DNA from: a virus
DNA length: 51,552 bases
Reading direction: 5' to 3' (one strand)
Virus record (IMG/VR): IMGVR_UViG_3300033463_000200
A program made the position numbers and the translations under genes. Below are positions 38,615 to 46,944 of the stretch, piece after piece (position 1 is the stretch's first letter; each line of letters starts with the position of its first letter). The notes under the pieces are model-generated. The model saw only the letters and a list, made by a program, of their open reading frames with translations. It made no database searches and had not been told where the DNA came from.

Positions 38615-38812
38615 TTAAACGCCACCCAGCTCTCTAAATTTTGGGTGCATCTTACAATCCCACCAGTCACCGACCTCTTCGGAAAGGTCTGGATGTTCTA
38701 AGCTGAAAAACATGACAGCGCCAAAGCAACGAGTGGTTGCTTGATTAGGATCAACCCCATAGCGTTTAATACAGGTCAGTTCATATTCACAGTATTCAAT
38801 CAATTTTTCCAT
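38615..38812 (-). CDS. Hypothetical protein (65 aa).
   Basis: ORF track. Long structured leader upstream. Confidence 0.35.
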   Translation of the reverse strand: MEKLIEYCEYELTCIKRYGVDPNQATTRCFGAVMFFSLEHPDLSEEVGDWWDCKMHPKFRELGGV

Positions 38813-39109
38813 TTTAATTCTTCCTTTCTCTTGTTAAAGTTTGCGACCAATCCAACCACCCTGCAGGCTTATCCTCTCAGTCGCCCCTGCATGCTGCCTC
38901 ACATTTATATACCGCAAAGTTGGACTTAGGCTTGCGGTGGTGGGTCTTTGTCAAGAGAGGCTTACTCGGTCAACTTTGCGACCATTTCCTTTGTTCTGCT
39001 CCCTTCCCTCACCTTGTATCTGTATTATAGCATCCTTCTTTTGAAAAATCAATAGGCAGACTGCACAATTATGGGATCAAATTTTTGTGTATCTTTTTCT
39101 AATTTTCCC

Positions 39110-39139
39110 TTGACAAAAGCTGGCGGCATGTGGTATAAT
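39110..39139 (+). promoter_or_regulatory. Plus-strand consensus promoter of a cassette.
   Basis: Hairpin 1 at 39147-39172 (GGCCCGCG..CGCGGGCC). Confidence 0.55.
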
Positions 39140-39182
39140 GGATTTTCGGCCCGCGGCCGCTGGTCGCGGGCCAACCACAATT

Positions 39183-39210
39183 AAAAGGGGCTAGGTGTTA
39201 CCCTAGCCCC
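39183..39210. terminator. Bidirectional terminator hairpin (GGGGCTAGG..CCTAGCCCC). It ends the minus-strand transcript gene->tRNA-Lys and the plus-strand cassette.
   Basis: A T-run follows on the minus strand. Confidence 0.55.
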
Positions 39211-39244
39211 AGAGAAAGGAGGAAAACAATTTTTAGATATTGAG

Positions 39245-39317
39245 TGTGCCATCTGGGACTTGAACCCAGAACCCTACGATTAAGAGTCGTATGCTCTACC
39301 AATTGAGCCAATGGCAC
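39245..39317 (-). tRNA. tRNA-Lys (anticodon CTT), located inside the early-gene region.
   Basis: Acceptor GTGCCAT/ATGGCAC. Anticodon stem TACGA/TCGTA with loop CTCTTAA. T-arm CTGGGTTCAAGTCCCAG. Confidence 0.75.
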
Positions 39318-39354
39318 AGATGCGGTTTTAAGGGATGACCGCAAACCCAGAGGG

Positions 39355-39708
39355 TCAGGCGATGGAGAACACCGCCTTTTTGCCCTCAATGGTCTTGACG
39401 ACCTTTCCAGCTTCTACCAACTTGCGCAGGAGAGCCGAAATCTTCTGGTTGGTGTACCCATCAAGACCCTCGCCAGTCTTAATGAGGTCAGTTACAGTGA
39501 CAGGAGAGCCAATTTCCTCAAGCGCAACAAGGATGGACTCCATGACCCCCTCGTTGGCTTTCTGGGTCTTGGTCAAACCCTTGCCAGACTTGCGGTTAGC
39601 AAGCAAGTCGATTTCATGCTTCAGACCCTCGATGAGAACATCCCTGTCCTCAACCTCAACAGTGCCAATAACCTCGATAGCTCTCTGGAACATTTCACGC
39701 TTAGTCAT
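39355..39708 (-). CDS. Winged-helix-like small protein, paralogue B (117 aa).
   Basis: RBS GAAAGGTGG precedes ATG at 39708. Own promoter at about 39750-39795. Confidence 0.5.
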   Translation of the reverse strand: MTKREMFQRAIEVIGTVEVEDRDVLIEGLKHEIDLLANRKSGKGLTKTQKANEGVMESILVALEEIGSPVTVTDLIKTGEGLDGYTNQKISALLRKLVEAGKVVKTIEGKKAVFSIA

Positions 39709-39978
39709 GGATAGTACCACCTTTCTTAAAAAATGCTTTTTGTTTGTTTTCTATGGCTTTATTATACCATAGATTTTTTGTTTGTCAAGAGTTTTTTTAA
39801 GATTTTGAAAAGTTTTTTTCAAGAAATCAATCGGCGACCTAGGCTCGTTCAACCTCTTTACTTTTTTTCCTTTCCTTTATCTTGATTAAATTATATCAAA
39901 AATTTTTGAAAAAATCAATATCGGAATATTGCACTAATTATGGGAAGATATTTTGTGCAACTTTTTTGCACTTTTCGC

Positions 39979-40074
39979 TTGACAAAACTGCGGCGAGTAT
40001 GATATAATGGAATTTTGGCCGCGGCCCGGAGGACCGCGGCGCGACATTATACACCTGCGACTTCCGCTTGTCAA
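39979..40074. promoter_or_regulatory. Pair of convergent consensus promoters: plus TTGACA 39979 / TATAAT 40003, and minus TTGACA 40074 / TATAAT 40051. They flank the palindrome GGCCGCGGCCCGGAGGACCGCGGC (40017-40040).
   Basis: Both promoters have 17-18 nt spacers. Read directly on both strands. Confidence 0.55.
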
Positions 40075-40096
40075 TATCGGAATAATGCACAAAAAT

Positions 40097-40119
40097 AAGG
40101 GATGCTGTTGGCATCCCTT
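40097..40119. terminator. Hairpin AAGGGATGC..GCATCCCTT downstream of the 40137..40520 gene.
   Basis: A T-run follows on the minus strand. Confidence 0.5.
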
Positions 40120-40136
40120 TGTTGATCTTGCTATTG

Positions 40137-40520
40137 TCAGTTTTTAGGCGGGCGGTGCTTGATAAGTTTGATAGTATAGGAGTTTTCCCCATAGTTGAAA
40201 GAAATCTCCGCTTCGTTTTTGACAGTTGTCTGAATTTTCATCCCTTCCAGAAGAACATTCACGCAAGAGAGAAGATGTTTCTTTTCCTCGTCAACTTTTC
40301 TTTCTCTTGTGGATTTTTTTCGGGGATTGTCAGATTTTTCGTATCTTCTTTGACCTTTGGACTTTTCTACCAGCTTTTCCTGTTCCTCATTGGTGGCGTA
40401 GTCATTATCACACAGCCACATATCAACGGCTTCTGCAACAGAGATGCCTAACGCATCCACGTACCTGTCAATGTCTGCATCTGGAATATTCACGGATTTA
40501 CCATTTACATTGTAAGTCAT
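40137..40520 (-). CDS. Hypothetical protein (127 aa).
   Basis: ORF track. Consensus promoter at 40570-40605 (TTGACA-17-TGATATAAT on minus). Confidence 0.45.
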   Translation of the reverse strand: MTYNVNGKSVNIPDADIDRYVDALGISVAEAVDMWLCDNDYATNEEQEKLVEKSKGQRRYEKSDNPRKKSTRERKVDEEKKHLLSCVNVLLEGMKIQTTVKNEAEISFNYGENSYTIKLIKHRPPKN

Positions 40521-40671
40521 TTTGAATCCCCCTTTTGTCTTTCAAAAAAATTTTTCTTTTTTATTTTTCTTTATTATATCATATTTTTTTTAATATGTCA
40601 AGTATGACTTTTGTCGGCTTTTTTCGATATTGTGTACACAATTCGGCGGCCGGGCGCCATACCCCTATTTT

Positions 40672-41361
40672 TTAGGGGTACAGCTTTTTTATCATGCTTT
40701 TATGCTGAGCGAAACATTTCGCCATGATTTTAGTTTCTATTAAAACATCCTCAAGTCCTGTATGACTTTCTACAAAGTCATTGTTTCCAGAAATGTAGCG
40801 GTATAAGATTTCCGCGGTGAGTCTTACTTGTGGCTTTTTATGTTTTGTCAGGTAATTGTTTTTTGCACAAAATTCTTGATAGGTTTTCTGTTTGCCGATT
40901 GTTTGTCTTGCCATTTTCAGAGTATCCCAAATTTCAAGCCCGAAAGGGAAGAACCAACGGAAGCGACTTTTTGTGATATATCTGATGGTATTATTAAGTG
41001 CCCGAACGTCAAATCCTGCGTTGTGAGCAAAAACATTTTTTACGCCGTACTTTTTGATATCAGCGTAAAATGCTTTTTTTACTGTCCAGAAGCTAGCAAG
41101 TTTCCGCTGACCAGATTTAATTTGTTCCCAATACATAGGGATTTTATTGGCGTAGTAAGCGGATTTCATAACGTCCTTCATTCCGAGAAAGATTTCTGCG
41201 ATGACAAAGGATTCTGTTTTATAAATCCTGCCCTTTTTGTCAGTGACCGCCCATCCCAAGTCGTAGACAAGGGATTGCGACAAGTCAAGTTTTTCCCCTA
41301 CCATGATGCCGTTGCAAGTTTCTGTATCCAGACCGATTAAATAATTGATTCTTTTATCCAC
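40672..41361 (-). CDS. 3'-5' exonuclease of the DEDDh (DnaQ/epsilon-like) family (229 aa).
   Basis: Exo I GLDTETCNG, Exo II FAHNAGFDVRAL, and Exo III HTGLEDVLIET motifs. Confidence 0.8.
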   Translation of the reverse strand: MDKRINYLIGLDTETCNGIMVGEKLDLSQSLVYDLGWAVTDKKGRIYKTESFVIAEIFLGMKDVMKSAYYANKIPMYWEQIKSGQRKLASFWTVKKAFYADIKKYGVKNVFAHNAGFDVRALNNTIRYITKSRFRWFFPFGLEIWDTLKMARQTIGKQKTYQEFCAKNNYLTKHKKPQVRLTAEILYRYISGNNDFVESHTGLEDVLIETKIMAKCFAQHKSMIKKLYP

Positions 41362-41526
41362 GATTATTTCGCTCCTTTCTTAATGCTCCTTTATTGTATC
41401 AAAAAAATCCGAGGATTGCAATAGACAAAATGCACAAAAATGCGGGCGTCGCTTTGTTCAAGATTACCCTGGCATCATGCACAAAAATCGGGATTCCGCA
41501 GGTCTGAAGTTTGTTCATTTTTCCTA

Positions 41527-41555
41527 TTGACTTTTTCTCTGGGCTGTGGTATAAT
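41527..41555 (+). promoter_or_regulatory. Plus-strand consensus promoter of a cassette (TTGACT-17-TGGTATAAT).
   Basis: Hairpin 1 at about 41563-41590. Terminator hairpin at 41601-41622 (ACCCCTTTT..AAAAGGGGT) followed by a U-tract. Confidence 0.55.
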
Positions 41556-41607
41556 GGAATTTCGCCGCGCGCCGGTGGCGTGCGGCCCGCTCAAAAAAAT
41601 ACCCCTT

Positions 41608-41859
41608 TTAATCAAAAGGGGTATCATCATCTTTTGGAAAATCCCGCAATCTTCGGTTTAATTCTCGAAGTATCCTTTTTGTGTCATCCAGTCCAATATT
41701 TTTAATAGCTACCGCAATATCTTCCTCAAGATGGTATTTTGTTATTTCAATCTGGGCTTGACGGCGACGCTCTGCCCGCATTTTATTAATCAGCTCGTTA
41801 CAAGCAGTTACTTCTTCTTTTGTCAGGGTCAGACCGCATAATACTTCAATTTTATCCAT
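41608..41859 (-). CDS. Hypothetical protein (83 aa).
   Basis: ORF track. Confidence 0.4.
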   Translation of the reverse strand: MDKIEVLCGLTLTKEEVTACNELINKMRAERRRQAQIEITKYHLEEDIAVAIKNIGLDDTKRILRELNRRLRDFPKDDDTPFD

Positions 41860-41894
41860 ATTCTTCTTCCTCTCTTGTTTTTATGGGGGTTGCC

Positions 41895-42344
41895 CTATAT
41901 AAGGGCAACCAATTCATCCAGAATGTTGTTATTTGCGTCTATTGTTCTGCCGAGCTTCCAACCTTTGCGGACTTGCTCATTATCGTCTATAAGAATCTGG
42001 AAACCGCCCTGCTTCCTAGTGCAGTTCGCTTTTGTAGTTCCATATTTTACGAGATGGATTTCATCATAAGGGAAACCCATTCTTTCAAGCCAGTTCTTTT
42101 TTGCGGTTCTGACTTTGTTATCATATTCCTTGGTGCTTCCTTTTGCCAGCCAAGTGGTGATGATGATTTTCCAGCCCTTGTTTTTCAGAGCGTACAGTAC
42201 AGCGTTCAATGCAAAGGGAGCATAGATTGGAGCGGCGACCTCATAAGGGGTTGCATCCTCAGACCTGAGCATTTCGAGCCATCCCTCGACTCCATAAAGA
42301 TTAGCGATTGTTCCGTCCATATCAAATACCAGAGCCTTGTTCAT
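41895..42344 (-). CDS. HAD-superfamily hydrolase (5'-nucleotidase-like). Motif I is DMDGT.
   Basis: ATG at 42344 (MNKALVFDMDGTIANLYG...). The ORF-track 5' extension overlaps the promoter region and was rejected. Confidence 0.55.
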   Translation of the reverse strand: MNKALVFDMDGTIANLYGVEGWLEMLRSEDATPYEVAAPIYAPFALNAVLYALKNKGWKIIITTWLAKGSTKEYDNKVRTAKKNWLERMGFPYDEIHLVKYGTTKANCTRKQGGFQILIDDNEQVRKGWKLGRTIDANNNILDELVALI

Positions 42345-42466
42345 TTTTATTTCCTGCCTTTCTCTTATCTTGATTAGAGTATACCATACCAGAGCCAGAA
42401 CGTCAATATCGGAATATTGCACAAATTTCGGGATCAGATTCCTCGGATCTTTGTGCAGGTTTTCGC

Positions 42467-42495
42467 TTGACTTTTTCTCTGGCGTATGGTATAAT
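42467..42495 (+). promoter_or_regulatory. Plus-strand consensus promoter of a cassette.
   Basis: Hairpin 1 at 42504-42530 (GGGCCGCGC..GCGCGGCCC). Hairpin 2 at 42542-42569 (AGGGTCTTTAT..ATAAAGACCCT). Confidence 0.55.
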
Positions 42496-42548
42496 GGTAT
42501 TTTGGGCCGCGCGGCGAGCCAGCGCGGCCCGCCCATTAACTAGGGTCT

Positions 42549-42857
42549 TTATCTTTCAATAAAGACCCTGTTAGTAATTTGGTAAAATTCTTTATAAGTC
42601 CTAGTTCTTTTAATTATGAAAAAGTAGGACTCTTTTTCAGTATCTATTCTATAAATGCGGGAGCCTTTCCAAAGTGGGTAAGGGTTGCGTCTCCAGAAGT
42701 GATTCATTCGAACATTGGCAGGAAGATATACCCAGATCAGGAAAAAACAGACGCCCGCACATATCAGGGCTGTCGATCCCGCAATAATTGCCCCTGCGCC
42801 AAAGAAGAGAATGGTTTCAAAAGTAAGAAGTGCAAATAGATAAATTAACATTTTCAT
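42549..42857 (-). CDS. Small membrane protein (102 aa).
   Basis: ORF track. Hydrophobic. Confidence 0.35.
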   Translation of the reverse strand: MKMLIYLFALLTFETILFFGAGAIIAGSTALICAGVCFFLIWVYLPANVRMNHFWRRNPYPLWKGSRIYRIDTEKESYFFIIKRTRTYKEFYQITNRVFIER

Positions 42858-42869
42858 CTTCCTTTCTAT

Positions 42870-43061
42870 TTAAATTAGATTTAATATTGTTAAAATTATT
42901 ATTAAGGGAATAGCAGAAACAAACATGAAAATAACTCCATAACAAGGTTTATGTTCGTCCATATTGTCCATCATCCAAAATATTCCAAAAGGGGAAACCA
43001 TAAAAATATCAAACGCAATAATAACAATAGCAATAAGACGTAAAATAATTAACATTTTCAT
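42870..43061 (-). CDS. Small membrane protein (63 aa).
   Basis: ORF track. Hydrophobic. Confidence 0.35.
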   Translation of the reverse strand: MKMLIILRLIAIVIIAFDIFMVSPFGIFWMMDNMDEHKPCYGVIFMFVSAIPLIIILTILNLI

Positions 43062-43142
43062 CTTCCTTTCCTTTCGTTTTCTTAATTATATCATATATTT
43101 TTATTTTTGTCAACAGGTTTCTTTTGATATCACAGGGATTTT

Positions 43143-43598
43143 TTACATCCCTGCGATAATTTTTTCATTTGTGAAGGTTGCCGACTCATATTTAATCTGG
43201 TAAGCGATTCCCTCGATCTCGATATCTCCGGCTTCTGTAAAAGGGATGCTGTCTTTTGTCCAGACCTGCCCGAATTTTTCAGTAACCATCTTCTCGAAGA
43301 TTTCACCTTTGTTGTATTTGCTTTCGGCTACGGTCTCTTCGAAGAATTCCTTGGAACAAAGAACCTCAGCACCTTTGGAGAGGAGCAGAACTTTCTGAGT
43401 CACTGTCGGTTTGAAGCGGAGGCTATATCCAGCCCCACGGCTTGCCTTGTCCAGCTTTAAGATGTAGGGCATGATTTCGGCGGTAGCCTTGACCATATAG
43501 ACCACGTTCTGGAAATGGAAGCCATAGATATAATTGTGAGTAAAGGACTTCTCGTTATATTTCTGAATCAGGTTTTCAAATACGACTGTCTTGTTCAT
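43143..43598 (-). CDS. Hypothetical protein (151 aa).
   Basis: ORF track. Confidence 0.45.
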   Translation of the reverse strand: MNKTVVFENLIQKYNEKSFTHNYIYGFHFQNVVYMVKATAEIMPYILKLDKASRGAGYSLRFKPTVTQKVLLLSKGAEVLCSKEFFEETVAESKYNKGEIFEKMVTEKFGQVWTKDSIPFTEAGDIEIEGIAYQIKYESATFTNEKIIAGM

Positions 43599-43792
43599 TG
43601 TTTGTTCCTCCTTATCTCTATCTGTATACTATTATAGCAGATATGCCGGAGAAAACAATCGGCATTTTATACAAAATTTAATGTCTGAATTATACAAAAT
43701 GACCAAAGTTTTAGAGGGGAGTGAGAGAAAATTTTTTGTGCAAAACGTAGAAATTTGGGATCAGATTTCCTGAATCTTTGTGCATTTTTCCT

Positions 43793-43821
43793 CTTGACTT
43801 TTTGGCTGGCGTGTGGTATAA
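43793..43821 (+). promoter_or_regulatory. Plus-strand consensus promoter of a cassette.
   Basis: Hairpin 1 at 43829-43865. Bidirectional terminator at 43875-43902 (AGGAGCAAG..CTTGCTCCT then TTTT). Confidence 0.55.
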
Positions 43822-43888
43822 TGGATTCTCGGGCCGCGCCGGAGTCTGGGCGGAGGTGCGCGGCCCAACGAAAAAAGGAGCAAGTTTT

Positions 43889-44107
43889 TCACTTGCTCCT
43901 TTTCATCTTTCTCTTTTCTGCTCTTTTTGCAATCCTTGCCAGGCGGATCGCCTTTTCTTTTTCAGTTTCCATCGGCTTCTCATCAATCACAACATCCTTG
44001 TAAGTGTTATACGGAAGTTCTTTCTTCCAATCCTCTGCCTCTCTGTAAGTCTTGACGGTTTTTACATACATATTTCTGAAATAACATTCATAAACTAAAG
44101 CTCTCAT
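43889..44107 (-). CDS. Basic hypothetical protein (72 aa).
   Basis: ORF track. Confidence 0.35.
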   Translation of the reverse strand: MRALVYECYFRNMYVKTVKTYREAEDWKKELPYNTYKDVVIDEKPMETEKEKAIRLARIAKRAEKRKMKRSK

Positions 44108-44164
44108 TTTTTTTCTTCCTTTCTTTTGTCGGTCTGTTGATTGATTCCCTATACCAGAGAGCCT

Positions 44165-44371
44165 TTAAGCGGCTCTCTGGAAGTATTTGACCATGATAAC
44201 AGGAATGCTATAATCGCTTGCTACAAACCACACCGATTCGGTTTTGATTGCCTTATGGAACTTATCCTCAAGTTTCATATCCTCAAGCCATGTCTGAAAG
44301 TCGGTTATGCTGATTTTATAGGCTTCTTTATCGGCTTCCATCTCCTGCAGATATTCTTTTTCAGTTCTCAT
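44165..44371 (-). CDS. Hypothetical protein (68 aa).
   Basis: ORF track. Confidence 0.35.
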   Translation of the reverse strand: MRTEKEYLQEMEADKEAYKISITDFQTWLEDMKLEDKFHKAIKTESVWFVASDYSIPVIMVKYFQRAA

Positions 44372-44408
44372 TGTTTTACGTTCCTTTCTTCTTTATCCTA
44401 TGAGCGGA

Positions 44409-44636
44409 TTAAATCCGCTCATAGATGGTGATGGTGGTTTTTACTAAGGGATATTTGTAAGCGATGAAATCATCACCAGAGTCTACTTTTTCGCTTCTGA
44501 AATTCCAAAAAAGAATTTCCAGTTCTGCGATTTCATCATCGGTTTTTGCGAAAACGACGATATTGTTTTTCCCTACTTCTACATAATTGTCGGTAACTCT
44601 TTTTACATCGTTTACCAAGACTTCTTCTCTTGTCAT
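44409..44636 (-). CDS. Hypothetical protein (75 aa).
   Basis: ORF track. Perfect 11-bp hairpin at 44396-44423. Confidence 0.35.
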   Translation of the reverse strand: MTREEVLVNDVKRVTDNYVEVGKNNIVVFAKTDDEIAELEILFWNFRSEKVDSGDDFIAYKYPLVKTTITIYERI

Positions 44637-44948
44637 TGTTCTTTCCTCACTTTCTCGTGTGCCTTTGTCTTATTGACAAGGTCATTGTACTACATCTGTT
44701 TTCAAAAAACAAGGGTAAAATAAACAAAATGAAGCGAGTCTTTTATACAGATTGTACAAACTTATTTTTTTCATTGTTTACTTTTTACAAAAGAAGATCT
44801 GGAAAATGATCGGTTTTTGTGCAAAACATACTAAAGTATTTTTGCACAAAAACTGTCGTTGTTCATTGGTTATTTTGATGATCTTTGTTAGTCAAAACGT
44901 AGAATTTTAGGATTATTTTAGTCTTTATCTTTGTGCATTTTTCCAATA

Positions 44949-45001
44949 TTGACAACTTCAATTCTCATGTGATATAATTTTTCGGCTTGCTGCGGCCGCA
45001 G
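44949..45001 (+). promoter_or_regulatory. Plus-strand consensus promoter (TTGACA-18-TGATATAAT) followed by the palindrome CTGCGGCCGCAG. It reads into the iteron/AT-rich region.
   Basis: Upstream TTGTGCAAAA / TTTGCACAAAA / TTTGTGCATTT operator-like repeats at 44818-44935. Confidence 0.55.
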
Positions 45002-45049
45002 GCGAAAGTCTGCATTGCGCTGGCATCGTGTGAGATACACCGGCGACCG

Positions 45050-46250
45050 CAGTTCTTTGTTAAGTTAATAACTTAACAATCTTTCTTCTATTGTCAACAA
45101 ACAAAACTTTGTTATGTTAATAACTTAACACACTTTGTTCTTGACGCCTTTTGTTTTGTTTGTTCTTTCTTTTGTCTTATTCTTAACAAACTTTGTTATG
45201 TTAATAACTTAACATACTTTGTTCTTGCCTCTGTTGTTCCCTCTTGTTACTGGTGTTTACCGGATCAAAACAAGATCCTGCAGTTTCTTTTCTCTGGATA
45301 AGTTTTAATAATTCTTTACTGTTTCTGTGTTATTAAATAAAAATATTAATAACAAAACTATTTAATTATTAATTATTGTATTTATTTTAATTAATTATTT
45401 TAATTATTTTATCAATAACATTAATTAAAATAAATACAATAATTAATTGAACAAAACATCAAGTTTGTTATGTTAATAACTTAACACACTTCGTTCTTGC
45501 TTCTCTTAATGTTTGAGAATGATCTGGTATTCTTTTCTCTTTTCTGCTAGTCTGTTGCATTATTCTTTTACTGTTTTTGTAGTAATAAATAAATGTTATT
45601 GTATTATTTATTTATTATTATTCATTATTATTTGTTTATTATTATTTATTTATTATTATTTATTTTGTTTATTTATTTGTTTGTTGTTGTTCTTTTGTTG
45701 TTTGTTTGTTTTGATGTTGTTTGTTTAATTGAACTCTTTTGATGTTTGTTTGCTTTGGTTAAAATGATAGCTTTGTCCTTGCTGATGGTTGACTAACCCT
45801 GAAGAAATAAAATTCTTTGATTAACATTTTGTTAATTAAATTGTAACATTTTGTTAATAAATTTAATTATCCTCGATTCATGTAGAATTATAACAAAATT
45901 GTAAAATTTTGTAACATTCTTGTAACAAATTTCGTTCCTGAAATAAAAGAAAGATAACATTTGGAAAGAAACCAGATTGTTATTTTCTTAACACACTTTG
46001 TTCTAAAATACTTTTTCGTAGAATTTTAGGATTAAATATCAATTGTTTCGTTTCGTTCTTTAGATTTGGAAATTATGCTGTTCATGTTGTATTAGTTGAA
46101 TCGGTGCGTGGCGCAAGACCACGCGCCGCGCAATTACAATTTATTTTATTTTATCTAAATAAAAATTTTTTTATTTGTTTTATTTTTTATTTATTTGTTA
46201 TGTTGTTTCTTTTGTTTTGTATTCGTGTAGAAATTGAGTGGTTTTAAATT
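45050..46250. repeat. Putative replication origin region. It contains 4-5 copies of the iteron TTTGTTATGTTAATAACTTAACA (with internal palindrome GTTAAGTTAATAACTTAAC), a perfect 27-bp inverted repeat (45366-45392 / 45420-45447), (TTATTTA)n low-complexity DNA and a GC hairpin at 46098-46125. No credible ORF.
   Basis: Repeats read directly at about 45058, 45108, 45191, 45462 and 45975. The surrounding sequence is extremely AT-rich. Confidence 0.5.
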
Positions 46251-46393
46251 ATACCCCCTACCTTTCTATTTTGGAAATGAAACTGAAATGTTGTTCTACG
46301 CGACTGTTCTCAAGACCTTTTCAAGAGGGGGTATAATTATGGGAAAAATTTTTGGAAAATTTGAAAATCACTTTGCGCTCCACAATCCCTGCA

Positions 46394-46474
46394 CCAAAAG
46401 TTTTTATAAAAACAAAGAAACGATAATAAAAAATATTTTCAGCACCAAAAGTTTTTATAAAAACAAAGAAACGA
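46394..46474. repeat. Two tandem copies of a 33-bp direct repeat (CACCAAAAGTTTTTATAAAAACAAAGAAACGATA), each with an internal palindrome.
   Basis: Read directly. Lies inside the doubtful ORF 46234..46509. Confidence 0.6.
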
Positions 46475-46509
46475 TACCAAAAAATTTTTTAAAGACAAAG
46501 AAGCGATAA

Positions 46510-46728
46510 TTACTTATTCTCTGTCTCCTCTTCCATGTAACTATAAGCATCTTCTGCAATTTCATTAGCAGTAATTTTCACAGGAACCAACATTTGTGGC
46601 ATAAATTCTAATTCATAAGCGTATCTAGAAACAGCAGTTCCATTCAAATCTTCAACAGTATAAGCAGTCCATTCATTCAAATAAATGAAATGCTTCTGAT
46701 AAACACCTTTTTTTCTATCTAGCTCCAC
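46510..46728 (-). CDS. Hypothetical protein (72 aa, GTG start).
   Basis: ORF track. RBS AAGGTAAGAAGG. Confidence 0.35.
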   Translation of the reverse strand: MELDRKKGVYQKHFIYLNEWTAYTVEDLNGTAVSRYAYELEFMPQMLVPVKITANEIAEDAYSYMEEETENK

Positions 46729-46737
46729 AATACCTTC

Positions 46738-46911
46738 TTACCTTACATGGTCATGCAATTCAGAATAAGGAAAGCCTTGCAATGTTCTTCTTTGTAAATT
46801 CTGTTCTAATTCATACTCCAATACTCTATCTCTGCTGCCATCGTCTTTCCTGACTATATACTCTATCCTCAATGTTTTGTACGCAACTTGTGGAATATCA
46901 ATTAATATCAT
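46738..46911 (-). CDS. Small hypothetical protein (57 aa).
   Basis: RBS GAGAGGTAACAATC precedes ATG. Confidence 0.3.
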   Translation of the reverse strand: MILIDIPQVAYKTLRIEYIVRKDDGSRDRVLEYELEQNLQRRTLQGFPYSELHDHVR

Positions 46912-46944
46912 GATTGTTACCTCTCATATCTGCACCAAAAAATT

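Noticed and set aside
46394-46474. Possible CRISPR array suggested by 33-bp direct repeats.
   Set aside because: Only two repeat copies, separated by a 13-bp spacer. No further repeats and no cas genes.
45513-46509. ORFs 45513..45728 and 46234..46509.
   Set aside because: They lie within low-complexity (TTATTTA)n DNA and the 33-bp tandem repeats or palindromes. No RBS is present and the composition is non-protein-like.
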